A stretch of DNA of 63,481 nucleotides, filler included, from Welwitschia mirabilis (GCA_051453625.1; 14 parts of one record of this genome joined end to end with filler, not necessarily neighbours in it), one strand, 5' to 3'; shown: positions 38,329-52,161, counted from the first letter of the whole stretch. Program-made: numbers and translations. The notes: generated by a model not told the origin, from the sequence alone.

Positions 38329-39566
38329 TGATACGGTGCACATTTATACAATGTTATGTCCTTAGTTAGATCCTAACAATCACAAATATAAGCATAAACA
38401 TAATACACTAATATAGATAGGAGTTAATCCATATATTATAATCCATCAAAAGCTTAGACTAGAGCAAGCGAGTTAATTTCCATAAGGAAATACTTTGTAT
38501 TCAAACTATAGAAATAAATGGCAATGCATAAAAAGTACAATGCAATACACTTATGCAAAGATAATTTAGAAATTAAAAATAACAATACACTTAAACTAAT
38601 AANNNNNNNNNNNNNNNNNNNNNNNNNNNNNNNNNNNNNNNNNNNNNNNNNNNNNNNNNNNNNNNNNNNNNNNNNNNNNNNNNNNNNNNNNNNNNNNNNN
38701 NNTTATGCAAAGATAATTTAGAAATTAAAAATAACAATACACTTAAACTAATAATGCACAATATTGATAAAAGCTACTCTCATAACCTATATCACTCAAG
38801 AAACTGTCTCCAGATCAAAAAAAATATAAGCTATGAGGAATAAGAATGAACATACATAAGAATCAGAAAAGAAATATTTTTATTACCCAAACCACATCTA
38901 TATTATAAAGTAGCTACACCTCAATAGAGAAAGCTCCTCCTAACACCAAGAAAGATGTCTCTCTCTGATTACAACGATAGATCTTCAGCTCTTTGATCTT
39001 CTATCATGAAAAGTACTAATGTAAACAAAGATAAGCAAGATTTGATGATAGTACTAATATTTATTAATCCATAATAGAACAGAGAGATAGGCAAATGTAT
39101 AACTATAATGGCCACTCTAAAAAAATAGATAGGTAATTGGAAGAAGTTGGGTAAATGTCCAGTGAGACATTATAACAAGTGTAGTCTAATTGGTCATCTG
39201 GATAGTATAGGATATGATGCCATCTCATAGATGATCCATGTCATTTACTAGATTGATCAAAGTTAGCATCCTTGTTAACATCAATAGTTCTATCATCTGT
39301 ACTATTGTCTATATGATGAGGTTAACAATAGGCTTTTATAGATGTTCATTTAATGCATCAACCTCAATGTTTTGTAGGAATTTTATCTCAGAAATGGCAA
39401 GTATTAAGAATTACTCTACATACTACAAAATGTTATGTAAATTATGCGTTTTTGCCTCTTTCATCTTAGCTCTTTATCATTGTTGAAATCGAGCATATAC
39501 CTATCTATTATCTTGCAAAACCACTCTAAATACCCTATCAAATATTTGTAAGTTGGGAGTGCAACA
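38329..39566 (-). mobile_element. Complete 3' LTR, variant A (contains a 100-N gap)
   Basis: Minus strand TGTTGCACTCCCAAC...GCACCGTATCA; homologous to 55480-56369, 44720-45566 and 61348-61823. Confidence 0.85.
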
Positions 39567-42500
39567 TAGCCCTCCACTTAGCCTTATTAGTCCTTGACAA
39601 AACCATGTGGTAGACCATGTTTGTAAGCCAACATATTTAATAATAAAACAACTAAGATACTTAAGTAAATCATCTCAAAAAAAATTTGCAAAAAATCTTA
39701 GAGATATAATTTAGATCATGATAAATTATAAAAATAAACATTTCACCTACTCTAAAGATCAGCCAGATGGTCATCCAGGTTATCATTCAGATGATGGAGG
39801 GGATAACACACTTAAAAATGATTTTTAAAAATAGCAACCTATGATAGAAATTTTTATATAGATAATCAGTTAATGTAATAAAAAGCCCTCAACTAAATTA
39901 AATAGTAATGAAATAAAAAATTACCCAAATAAAATTAATCCTCATCATAACATGTGGAAAACAAAGATAGTAATGAAAAATCAAATCAAAATCACTACAC
40001 AATGCTGACTCAAAAATGATATATCTATATAAACTTAGAGAGTTTTAATGTAAAAATGCATAGAGGGGGATATAAAAATTAAGATAAAATCACTCTCCTT
40101 GTCATCGCATAATGAATTCAAGCTTAGTAGCTAGCTCAAGTACAAGGGAAGAAGAAGAAGGATTCTTACGATTGATAGGGAAATATAGGTTCAAAGATGT
40201 AAAAATAGATCTAACCATCTCATTTTCCTATATATGTATATCGTTTGATANNNNNNNNNNTTAACTGTCATACTCTAGTGGATAGAAAAAATGTGCTAGC
40301 ACATGTCGACAATCTAGTCCTCAGAGTACTAAACTCTCCTCTCAATAGTCAGGATTCCTTTCTCTAATGTCCACATTCTTTAATCAAGTATTTGTATCTT
40401 TTGATTAAGTACCTTTATTTTTTGATCAAGATATTATATTCTCTAGTCAAATGTCTAGATACCTTTTTTAACAAAACCTCTAATGAGCTTAGTGGTCTCT
40501 ACTAGGAAGGCATGTATCTATGAAGTGTAGCCCTAACTGCAGGTCTCTGTACCTAAGATCTCTCTACCTATCCTGGAATCTATACGTTCATGTTCTATAG
40601 ATAGAAAGTTAAAGTCTAAATGTGAGATAGGCACTACTCATCCATTGGATTTGGTATCTCAAATCATTTAAAAAGTATGAAGAGGAGGCATAGGTAACCA
40701 AGAGTCTAAATTTGAAATGCCTCAACCATAGATCTAAGTCTCCTCTAAATAAACATGGAAAGATCCATCTTCTCTCCTTATTTAAACAATACTAGAATCT
40801 ATAAATGAGCTACCATTACATGACTATTATAAAAGGATGGGCTAATGTTATGGATTATCCCTCTATGTAAAACTTTATATTAAGTGACAAGAACCCTCCA
40901 TTTATCTGTAGTAAGATCTACTAGTNNNNNNNNNNNNNNNNNNNNNNNNNNNNNNNNNNNNNNNNNNNNNNNNNNNNNNNNNNNNNNNNNNNNNNNNNNN
41001 NNNNNNNNNNNNNNNNNNNNNNNNNNNNNNNNNNNNNNNNNNNNNNNNNNNNNNNNNNNNNNNNNNNNNNNNNNNNNNNNNNNNNNNNNNNNNNNNNNNN
41101 NNNNNNNNNNNNNNNNNNNNNNNNNNNNNNNNNNNNNNNNNNNNNNNNNNNNNNNNNNNNNNNNNNNNNNNNNNNNNNNNNNNNNNNNNNNNNNNNNNNN
41201 NNNNNNNNNNNNNNNNNNNNNNNNNNNNNNNNNNNNNNNNNNNNNNNNNNNNNNNNNNNNNNNNNNNNNNNNNNNNNNNNNNNNNNNNNNNNNNNNNNNN
41301 NNNNNNNNNNNNNNNNNNNNNNNNNNNNNNNNNNNNNNNNNNNNNNNNNNNNNNNNNNNNNNNNNNNNNNNNNNNNNNNNNNNNNNNNNNNNNNNNNNNN
41401 NNNNNNNNNNNNNNNNNNNNNNNNNNNNNNNNNNNNNNNNNNNNNNNNNNNNNNNNNNNNNNNNNNNNNNNNNNNNNNNNNNNNNNNNNNNNNNNNNNNN
41501 NNNNNNNNNNNNNNNNNNNNNNNNNNNNNNNNNNNNNNNNNNNNNNNNNNNNNNNNNNNNNNNNNNNNNNNNNNNNNNNNNNNNNNNNNNNNNNNNNNNN
41601 NNNNNNNNNNNNNNNNNNNNNNNNNNNNNNNNNNNNNNNNNNNNNNNNNNNNNNNNNNNNNNNNNNNNNNNNNNNNNNNNNNNNNNNNNNNNNNNNNNNN
41701 NNNNNNNNNNNNNNNNNNNNNNNNNNNNNNNNNNNNNNNNNNNNNNNNNNNNNNNNNNNNNNNNNNNNNNNNNNNNNNNNNNNNNNNNNNNNNNNNNNNN
41801 NNNNNNNNNNNNNNNNNNNNNNNNNNNNNNNNNNNNNNNNNNNNNNNNATCTTCTATAAAGTGGTGGATGTACTGGCTCTACACACTCTATCTATAATAG
41901 CACTATCAGGCCTATTTCCTACTCTATGATTTTATCCTCAGCCTTGGCCTATTTAGCTCTATTCATATGGGGCCTACTCCATTAGAAATATATAAAAACA
42001 TCATGTGAAAATAAAAAGACATGTCAAAAACATTACATGAATGCACAATAACAACCCTAAAAATCGATAAATATTATGAAAAATACTAAAAAGATGTATT
42101 TCCCTTCTTTAAAAATTGCAATTCTTCTCGAATTTCCTAAACATGAGAAGAAAAATGTGAAATAAATGAAAATTTAAAAAGTTATATTTTAAGTAGGCCC
42201 CACATATGGTAAAAATTCAAAGTACACAAATGAAAAATATAATTTAGTAGAATCGTAGAACACATCGAATGATTAATTTTGCCTAAAGAACCACTATGTT
42301 TTAATATACGATTGACAAGAAAATGAGTGAAAAAGATGGAAAATTAAAAATACCTTATAAAATGCATAATTATTCATAACTCAAAAAATATATGATGGAA
42401 TTCAAATTTGTAAGCCCAATTCAAAGAATGTAAAAAACTAATCAATATACATAAAAACTACATGTCAAAAGGCTAAAAAATGGGAGAAAAAATTGAAAAA

Positions 42501-42971
42501 CCGAAAGAGAAACATACTTCATTTTAAAAAATATTATGAAAACTCAATAATTTGAACATAAAATCAAGTGAGACAAGATCTGAAATCCTAAAGGAACTAG
42601 CAAAAATGATTTAAAAAAATAAAAAATAAAGAAAAATATTTTGGGCCATGATTATATCACACTATCATCTGGTCACATTATTTGAGTAATAAGCCCTAGG
42701 ATGACTCTCAGAAAAAATCAAATTGTCATCCTCTAAGTGTTATCTAAATGAGTAGGTGGACAATAGGGCATTGATAAGTTTCTCAAAAAATAAAGATAAT
42801 AGTTAAAAAAAACTAGTCTTAGATATTATCATTTAAGTATAAAATGTTTATCAAAAAACCCATAAAAAATAAAAAATGAGAAAGAAAACCAGGAAAATCA
42901 AGAGAAAAGGAAAAACTCATAATAAAATAAAAAATATAGCTAAAGAAAATAGACTATCTAGGCTAAAACTT
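39567..42971 (-). mobile_element. PPT and internal 3' region with a decayed coiled-coil ORF
   Basis: PPT CTAAGTGGAGGGCTA at 39567-39581; colinear with 56370-58487; heptad repeats at 40322-40430. Confidence 0.8.
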
Positions 42972-43071
42972 NNNNNNNNNNNNNNNNNNNNNNNNNNNNN
43001 NNNNNNNNNNNNNNNTTAATTAATTAANNNNNNNNNNNNNNNNNNNNNNNNNNNNNNNNNNNNNNNNNNNN
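42972..43071. other. Artificial contig spacer
   Basis: 44 N + TTAATTAATTAA + 44 N. Confidence 0.97.
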
Positions 43072-43229
43072 TGGATCTAATCTCATCACTGTAAAATGCC
43101 TAAGTAAGAATACTAGTCATGAAACTTCCTCAAGCAACACATAAGTCAAGTCTGAAAGATGATCAAGTGACCTCATGATATTCACCAAAGGAATAAGATA
43201 ATAAAGAACTTAAACAATGATAGGAAGAA

Positions 43230-44215
43230 AGTTCTCCTCATTGAAAGAAACCTCTAAAATAAGTGCTTCTACTATGTTCATAGTTACATCGAAAAATCTT
43301 TTGTATAAGTTTAACTATTATTCATTAATCTTTTGAATTTCCTTAGTNNNNNNNNNNNNNNNNNNNNNNNNNNNNNNNNNNNNNNNNNNNNNNNNNNNNN
43401 NNNNNNNNNNNNNNNNNNNNNNNNNNNNNNNNNNNNNNNNNNNNNNNNNNNNNNNNNNNNNNNNNNNNNNNNNNNNNNNNNNNNNNNNNNNNNNNNNNNN
43501 NNNNNNNNNNNNNNNNNNNNNNNNNNNNNNNNNNNNNNNNNNNNNNNNNNNNNNNNNNNNNNNNNNNNNNNNNNNNNNNNNNNNNNNNNNNNNNNNNNNN
43601 NNNNNNNNNNNNNNNNNNNNNNNNNNNNNNNNNNNNNNNNNNNNNNNNNNNNNNNNNNNNNNNNNNNNNNNNNNNNNNNNNNNNNNNNNNNNNNNNNNNN
43701 NNNNNNNNNNNNNNNNNNNNNNNNNNNNNNNNNNNNNNNNNNNATAAGCCTAAATAACATTATTAAGCTTGGAAGCCGAAGATTTATTATTAATAAAGAT
43801 AATTTTTACAACATTTTTTAATCTCTCTATTGGTATTTTCAACTTGTTCATTAGTTTGAGGATGATAAGCACAAATGGACAAAAGAAGTTTTCTAAAGAG
43901 CATATTAATAAAACAAATTCCTTGATTACTAATGATAATTCTAGGAAAATTAAATCTATAAAAAATTTGAGTTTTAAGTAAATAACAAAAAGTTCTAACA
44001 TCATTTAAAGAAGTAGAAAAGATTATTAAATCCTTGTGGAACCTAGTGAATGCATTTACCTTAGATTACAGAAGAGAGATTACACTTGATTATTATTGAG
44101 GGAAAAGGTTTTTATTAAGGATTAAAGGTTTATTTAGATCACTATTTAGAAAAATGTATTTTAGTCCACTAGCTAAGGTTTTTATATTTATATTTAAGTT
44201 TAAATTTTTATTTTC
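43230..44215 (-). pseudogene. pol: pol remnant with the PR-RT linker fused to the integrase core and tail
   Basis: LASGLKYIF (~44150-44178) is followed by HKDLIIFSTSLNDVRTFCY, then integrase sequence homologous to 49000-49240. Confidence 0.72.
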
Positions 44216-44719
44216 NNNNNNNNNNNNNNNNNNNNNNNNNNNNNNNNNNNNNNNNNNNNNNNNNNNNNNNNNNNNNNNNNNNNNNNNNNNNNNNNNNNNN
44301 NNNNNNNNNNNNNNNTTTTCTATAAATTTTTTAAGAAAATGGACTATTGGCTTAAGCTATCATCAAGACATTAGTAGTGGTGACTACCCTTAAAATATGA
44401 AATCCTAGTTCTGCTTAAATCTTGAACTTCTACATAGTTAACAGACTCAGTTTCTCTACTTCCTAGATAAAAATGATCAATTTTCATATGGTCAAAATCA
44501 ATTTGATTATTGTATTGCCAACTTACACATATTTCATAAGGTATTTTAAGTAGTTTTGTAGGTAAATAGATAGATAAATTCTTAATTTCCATAATAATGA
44601 AGAGCTGAGATGAAAAGAATGGAAACATATAATCTCTATAATAATTTATAGTATTTTGAACAAATCTAAATACTTCTGAAGGCAACTTCTTGTAAATGTT
44701 AATATTAATGCAATAAATG

Positions 44720-45566
44720 AAGGATTATCCCATAACATCATCCACCTCATCATTTGAAATGACTATATCAATAACTGTGCCATCTAGATGCTGACTAAAT
44801 TCTATCTGGCAGCTGATCTAGATTGATTATGAGGTGGCATCATCTTACCTTGATGATACTACTGTAATGTCTATACTAAATATTCATCTAACTTTTGCCA
44901 CTTGTATTTTCTATTTTTCCTCATGTAGTTATTATGATTTATCCATGCATTTTTGTCTTTTTTATGTTGAGTTAATAAATAAAGATCTTATCCTAACTCC
45001 TGCTTATCTTCGTTTGCATCTAAAATTCTTGTAACAGGAGATCGAAGGGCTAGAGATACATCTTATAGCTCTAAAGAGATGCTTTCTTGATATTGAATGA
45101 CATTTCCTCCATTTAGATGTGACTACTTTGTAACACAGATGTTATTTGAAACTTAGTACAAAAACATTTTCTTTTATGATTTTAATGTGTGATTGTTTCT
45201 CACCCCCATAGCTTATGTTACTTTTGATTCAATGATAGTTTTTCTAGAATATAAGTTATGAGGGCAACCTTTATCAAGATTATTCTTGGTTATTTTAGAT
45301 TAAGTGCATTACTGTTTCCTTTTCTTAGATGAGCTTTTCATGAGTGTGTTGTATTTTACTTTCATTCATTGCAAGTTATTTCTGTAGATAGGATGCAAAT
45401 ATTTCTTTGTGGAAAGTAGCTCTCTTATTTTCTACTTTCTCCTTCCATGAATTATTACATTTGGGTTACTTCTATATATATTAGTATATTTTATTTATGC
45501 ATTATTATTTGTGATTAATAGGAATCTACTTAGAATGAAAACATTAAATAAATATGCACTGCAACA
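44720..45566 (+). mobile_element. Athila-like 5' LTR (A-like; 5' end not located)
   Basis: Ends ATAAATATGCACTGCAACA. The block cttatcttcgtttgca...gagatcgaagggctaga is shared with the reverse complement of 55780-55835. Confidence 0.82.
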
Positions 45567-45568
45567 TC

Positions 45569-45587
45569 TTGGCACTATTTTCAGGAA
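45569..45587 (+). promoter_or_regulatory. Degenerate primer-binding site (tRNA-Asp type)
   Basis: TTGGCACTATTTTCAGGAA follows the LTR end. It differs from TTGGCGCCGTTGCCGGGGA mostly by C>T and G>A changes. Confidence 0.7.
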
Positions 45588-46219
45588 AGGTTGCTTGAAG
45601 TTCAAGCGTTATCATTTCTTTGATGAGTATTTCAATTTTTAGATGCTTTCTTGCAGTAGCATTGTATAGTATCTATAATAGTATAGTTTTTTACTTTTTA
45701 TACTGTTAATTTTTTTATTTTCAAATGAAAATTCTATTTTTTATTTTGCAATAAAAGCTCAGTCGTCTACTTCATCATCTAGATGATGTGCANNNNNNNN
45801 NNNNNNNNNNNNNNNNNNNNNNNNNNNNNNNNNNNNNNNNNNNNNNNNNNNNNNNNNNNNNNNNNNNNNNNNNNNNNNNNNNNNNNNNNNNNNNNNNNNN
45901 NNNNNNNNNNNNNNNNNNNNNNNNNNNNNNNNNNNNNNNNNNNNNNNNNNNNNNNNNNNNNNNNNNNNNNNNNNNNNNNNNNNNNNNNNNNNNNNNNNNN
46001 NNNNNNNNNNNNNNNNNNNNNNNNNNNNNNNNNNNNNNNNNNNNNNNNNNNNNNNNNNNNNNNNNNNNNNNNNNNNNNNNNNNNNNNNNNNNNNNNNNNN
46101 NNNNNNNNNNNNNNNNNNNNNNNNNNNNNNNNNNNNNNNNNNNNNNNNNNNNNNNNNNNNNNNNNNNNNNNNNNNNNNNNNNNNNNNNNNNNNNNNNNNN
46201 NNNNNNNNNNNNNNNNNNN

Positions 46220-47655
46220 CAATGTTATCCTTAAAGATCTCATAGCAAATAAGAAACATGAAATCCAAACTCCTTTTGACTTATCTCTTGGTGATAATGT
46301 TGAACTTTAGAATCTAAATTCATATCCTATCTTTAGTGGTGAATCTAATAAAGACCCTTTGCAACACATCACTGATATAGAATAACTAGTCCTTACTTTT
46401 AGAAACAGTCAAAAATGAATAAGTGATAGAGTCTACATGATCATCTTTCCCATCACTATAAGTGATAAAGTAAATTTATGCCTTGAATGGTTTCCTACAA
46501 AAGTTTAAAATCTTGAAGTTAAATTTATGAAGCCTTAATCAAGAGATTTATAAGTGAAACCACCATCTAGAAATGTAAGAAAGAAGTAATCAACTTCCAA
46601 TAAATGCCTAATAAAGATCATGCTTCTACCTATGAGGGATTTTTTGTTGCTTTATATTCAAATCCTATAAATGACTTTTCATAGGTAGAACTTGTTAACT
46701 ACTTTTACAATGGATTAAATAGTCATACAAAGCAACTTATAGATTTTTCATGTGAAGGAAACTTGTTAAACCAAACCTTAGATGATGTTTAAAAAGTGTT
46801 AGAAGACTTGCTAAAAGTGAGTCAAACATGGCCTAAACCCTTACTTAGAGAAAACTAAACTATAGTTCAACTCATTAGAGATCTAAAGGAGGTAAAACAT
46901 GAGAAAAATAAAACAAGAACCGAAAATGAACCAACCAATGTCATAAAGGATTTTATCTCTACCTTAGAAAAATACAACAAAATGATTTTAGATACAAACA
47001 TATAAACAGTGAATAGTGAAGTTGTAGTTCCTACTTATTATTTGTGTGAAGATAGTTACCATATTAAAAAAGAATGTCTTTTACTTCCAACCTACAAAGA
47101 GAAAATTTATGAGGAAGTTTATATCTTCAATCAAAGATCTTTAAACTACAACCAAAATTAAAATCAAAGATAGGTTCAAAATCATAACAACTTTCAACAT
47201 AAGATGAGTAAATAGCTTAACCCTAGAAATTTTTAAACAAACCATCCTATCTTCTAAATTTTCAAAAATATATTTAAGAATTCAAACTTTTAATTCAACA
47301 ACTTAAATAACTTGGTAAGCTCATCTGACTTTCAAACCCAAGTAATCCTCTTAGGAATTCCATTGAGGAGTTTAGAAAATCATAAGAAAAGACCAACTCA
47401 AACATTGGAAATACAAATACCAATATTGAAAATCCTATGAGCATCCTATAACAAATTATTCTTGCTAATCAAATACCACAAGGGTTTCTTATTGCTTAAT
47501 ATTTACTGAATCCAAATAAAATTAGAAAAGATTATAAGCTGATGAAAAGAAGTAAAAATAACATAACTCCTCCTACTCATGAGGCTTTAACATTACAAAG
47601 TAATAAAAATCATGAATAAGAGGATATAAAAATTTTATAAAATCATTTTTTCCCT
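46220..47655 (+). pseudogene. gag: Decayed Athila gag
   Basis: NVILKDLIANKKHEIQTPFDLSLGDNVEL; KDPLQHI; zinc-knuckle remnant LCEDSYHIKKECL at ~47040-47080. Confidence 0.88.
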
Positions 47656-47755
47656 NNNNNNNNNNNNNNNNNNNNNNNNNNNNNNNNNNNNNNNNNNNNT
47701 TAATTAATTAANNNNNNNNNNNNNNNNNNNNNNNNNNNNNNNNNNNNNNNNNNNN
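47656..47755. other. Artificial contig spacer
   Basis: 44 N + TTAATTAATTAA + 44 N. Confidence 0.97.
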
Positions 47756-49830
47756 TTAGGAAAAGATTCTATTTCTGATAGAAAGTGGCATTATTTCAGG
47801 TCACCATATCTTGAGAGAGGTGATTATGATGAATGCTTTTAAAGTTGGTATTATTTAAAACCTAAGTCCTCCTACAAATATTAAATAATTTTGATCTTTT
47901 TTTGATTAGTATGATTTTTATCAAAAATTATGTTAATATCTATAAACCCCTTCACTTGTTACTAAAGAAAGAAGTCAAATTTGAATGGAATGGATCTTGT
48001 CAAGTTACTTTCAATACACTTAAACATAAATTATCTTCTGCTCCTATAGTAATGAGACCTGATTGGAAATTAGATTTTGAGCTTATGTATGATGCAAGTA
48101 ATTTTTTCATGGGTGGGGTTCTTTGTCAGAAATAGGAAAATGATTATAAAATTATATTTTATCATAGCAAATCTTTTTCTAAAGATCAAATGAACTATAT
48201 CACTATAGATAAAGAGTTACTAGCCATTATCGTTTACCTTGATTTTCTTCAATGTTATCTTTTAAGCTTTCATACTAATGTTTACACTAACCGTGTTATC
48301 ATTTGTTACCTCATGACCAAGAAAGATTCTAGTGCATATTTGATTATATTGATACTTCTTATGTAATATTTTAACTTGACCATCATAGATAAAGTAGGGA
48401 ATTATAATTGTATTTCCAATCACTTTTCTCGACTTCCTTCTCCCCCACATGATACTATTATTGATGATTCATTTTATAATGAGTAACTTTTTACTATTTC
48501 TTCTTCTCATTCTCCCCCCTCATATGTAGACATTGTTAATTATCTTGTTATCCTGAAAACACCACAACATTGGCTCTATAACCAATGCAAATTTTTTCTC
48601 CATAGGATAGGTGACTATGAATGGATAGAGTCACATTTGTACTATAAGTATAAAGATCAAATCATGAGAAAATATGAGATACCTAACATCCTTCATCTTT
48701 GTCATGATGATAATTGTGAAGGACACTTTAGTGGATGTAAAACTATAATGAAAATCCTTCATTCTGGTTTTTACTGGTCTTTTCTTTTTTATGATTCTTT
48801 TGATTTTGGTAGAATGTGTTATACTTGTCAGCATTANNNNNNNNNNNNNNNNNNNNNNNNNNNNNNNNNNNNNNNNNNNNNNNNNNNNNAGACTTTTGTT
48901 TATTAGGGTATTGATTGCATAGGCCCTATTCATCCACCTTCCTCTAATAAACATTACGTTTTAGTGGTTATAAATTATATGACTAAATGGGTTAAAGATA
49001 TACCTACTTCTTTGAGTGATTTCCGAACTATTTGTTATTTTCTTAGAAATCATATATTTTAGAGATTTGATTTTTTTGGAGTTATCATTAATGATTAGGG
49101 TACTCATTTTATTAATCAAATTTTTAAGAAACCTCTTTTGTTCATTAGGATAGACCATATAGTAGCTTGTGCTTATCATCCTCAACTAATGAACAGGCTA
49201 AAAATGCTTATACAAAAATAAAGAACATGCTTTAAAAACTTGTNNNNNNNNNNNNNNNNNNNNNNNNNNNNNNNNNNNNNNNNNNNNNNNNNNNNNNNNN
49301 NNNNNNNNNNNNNNNNNNNNNNNNNNNNNNNNNNNNNNNNNNNNNNNNNNNNNNNNNNNNNNNNNNNNNNNNNNNNNNNNNNNNNNNNNNNNNNNNNNNN
49401 NNNNNNNNNNNNNNNNNNNNNNNNNNNNNNNNNNNNNNNNNNNNNNNNNNNNNNNNNNNNNNNNNNNNNNNNNNNNNNNNNNNNNNNNNNNNNNNNNNNN
49501 NNNNNNNNNNNNNNGCCCAAGCAAATTTTAGATATGATAAAAATATTTTTCATAAAATGTTTGAGCCCAGTTAACCTGTCTTGTTATATAACACTAGAGT
49601 TCATCTTTTAAATAACAAGTTGACCTCTAAATTATTGGGTTCTTACTTTATAGAGAAATTGCATCTTAATGGCTCAGTTAAGATTTTAGTCTTAGAGACT
49701 AGAGAGATTTAGAAGATTAATGGGTAATGGTTGAAATTATATGAAGGATCTTTAAATGCAAGAGTAAACATGGTAGAAGCATTTGTTTTGGAGGTTCTCC
49801 TTGATGATGAGAACTTTCTTCCTATCATTG
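47756..49830 (+). pseudogene. pol: Decayed Athila pol (RT end, RH, INT)
   Basis: LKHKLSSAPIVMRPDWKLDFELMYDAS; HHCC zinc finger ILHLCHDDNCEGHFSG...GFYW...CYTCQH; GIDCIGP; integrase tail at ~49610-49745. Confidence 0.92.
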
Positions 49831-49945
49831 TCTAAGTTCTTTCTTAGCCTGCTTCTTTAGTTGATATTATAATGTTACTTAATCATCTTTTAAACTAGAC
49901 TTCTATATTGCTTTATCAAGTTTTATGAATATTTTTATACTTATA

Positions 49946-50045
49946 NNNNNNNNNNNNNNNNNNNNNNNNNNNNNNNNNNNNNNNNNNNNTTAATTAATTA
50001 ANNNNNNNNNNNNNNNNNNNNNNNNNNNNNNNNNNNNNNNNNNNN
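49946..50045. other. Artificial contig spacer
   Basis: 44 N + TTAATTAATTAA + 44 N. Confidence 0.97.
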
Positions 50046-52161
50046 TATTTTTTCAAAAATTTCAAATATGTCAAAAGCATCGCAAATACAAAAGAAAGTA
50101 GCTTCTTCTAATACTCCAATTATTTTAGGAACTTTTTCTTCAAATGTGAACGTTACACTTAGAGATTTAATTGCTAATAGAAAACATGAAATTCAAAATC
50201 CTTTTGATTTATCCCCTAGAGATGATATAGAGTTAAGAAATTTTAGTGCATACCCACCAGTTTTGAGGGAACTAGAAGAAGACCCTTTTCAACATCTACT
50301 GACATGAGTAACTTGTGCTTATATCTAGAAATGGAAAAAAATGTATTAGTGATTGTACCTATATGATTATTTTTCCTATTACCCTTAGAGGTAGGACAAA
50401 AAATTGGCTAAAACCCATTCCACATAAAAGTTTAAAATCCTAGAGTCAAGTGCAAGAAGTTTTTATTAAATGATTTTTGAGTAAAAGTACTATGAGGAAG
50501 ATAAGAAAAGAAGTCACCAAATTCCAACAACAACCACATAAAGATTATGCAACTNNNNNNNNNNNNNNNNNNNNNNNNNNNNNNNNNNNNNNNNNNNNNN
50601 NNNNNNNNNNNNNNNNNNNNNNNNNNNNNNNNNNNNNNNNNNNNNNNNNNNNNNGTGTCCTAAATTTAAGGATCCTAAGGCTGCAACTATTAGTGTTACT
50701 TTAGAGGGAAACAAAAAAATTAGAATGGCTTTGATTAACATAGGTAAAAGTGTAAACATTATGCCTTTTCATATATGTAAGAGACTTAGCTTAGAAAGTA
50801 GAATCGAACCTACACCTATTATCCTAGAGCTAGCTGACACCTTAATTACGAAACTGTTAGGAATTGTCAAAGACTTAGTCATCCAAATTGAGGAAGCTTT
50901 TTATCCCATTGATTTGGTCATAATTGAAATAGATCATGATGGAGGGTATCCACTACTTCTAGGAAGAGCCTTTTGCGCTATAGCTCATTGTATCATTGAC
51001 AATCAATCCGGAATGATGAGATACCACTTTGATAATAAAGAAATTACCATTATGATCTTTGATGCTACTAAAAAAGACACAGGAACTGATTTCAATATTA
51101 AAGATGATTTAAGACCAACTTTATTCTTACAACACTGGCCTATAGAGGAAAGATTAATTATGCTTCATAAGCCAACTCTGTATGATGACCCAACTAAAAT
51201 AAATTATTTTGAATNNNNNNNNNNNNNNNNNNNNNNNNNNNNNNNNNNNNNNNNNNNNNNNNNNNNNNNNNNNNNNNNNNNNNNNNNNNNNNNNNNNNNN
51301 NNNNNNNNNNNNNNNNNNNNNNNNNNNNNNNNNNNNNNNNNNNNNNNNNNNNNNNNNNNNNNNNNNNNNNNNNNNNNNNNNNNNNNNNNNNNNNNNNNNN
51401 NNNNNNNNNNNNNNNNNNNNNNNNNNNNNNNNNNNNNNNAAGAATCAGACTTAACTTCACTTTTAGAGTCAAATAAAAATGCCTTTGATTGAATGCATAA
51501 AGATTTAGATGTCATTCCTGTTTCCATAGTTCAACATAAAATCTATCTTGAGGACAATGCAAAACCTGTTAGGTAACCCTAATGAAGATTGAATCCAATC
51601 CTTAAACGAATTGTCAAAGATGAAATCATTAAACTTATGGATGCTGGGATTATTTATGCCATATCAGATAGTGAGTGGGTTAGTCCCTTAACTGTAGTAC
51701 CAAAGAAAGGAGGAAAATGAAGAATGTGCATTTACTTTAGAAAACTCAATGAGGTTATAAAAAAACATCATTATCCTTTGCCTTTTCTTAATCAAGTTCT
51801 TGATAGAATTCAAGTTCATGCTTATTATTATTTTCTCGATGAGTATAGTGGCTATAATCAAATTTACATAGCTAGTGAAGATCAAGCTAAAACCACCTTC
51901 ACATCTCCCTTTGGAAGCTTTGCTTTTAAACAAATGCTCTTTGGACTTTGCAATGCTCTTGGAACTTTCCAATGAGCGATGATGGGAATATTTTCTAATA
52001 TGATAGAAGACTCTATAGAAATCTTTATGTATGATTTGTCCATCTTTGGTGACACTTTTGAACAAACTATGCTAAGATTAGAAAAAGTCTTTGATAAATG
52101 TATTGAAAGTGGGTTACACTTAAGTTAGGAAAAGAGTTTCTTCCTTGTTTAAAATGGAATT
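50046..52161 (+). pseudogene. gag-pol: Decayed Athila gag-PR-RT (gapped)
   Basis: EEDPFQHL; ALINIGKSVNIMP...YPLLLGRAF (protease with the catalytic Asp changed to Asn); HHYPLPFLNQVLDRIQVHAYYYFLDEYSGYNQI...KTTFTSPFGSFAFKQMLFGLCNA; FMYD at ~52024. Confidence 0.93.

Noticed and set aside
30942..42971. An intact full-length element with paired LTRs and a TSD
   Set aside because: The LTRs in this fragment belong to different variants or orientations, and no matched pair flanking gag-pol exists in any fragment.
44371..44685. 104-aa ORF as a host or captured gene
   Set aside because: It has no recognisable motif and lies upstream of the PR-RT linker on the same strand, so it is probably variable polyprotein sequence. 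I could not assign it.
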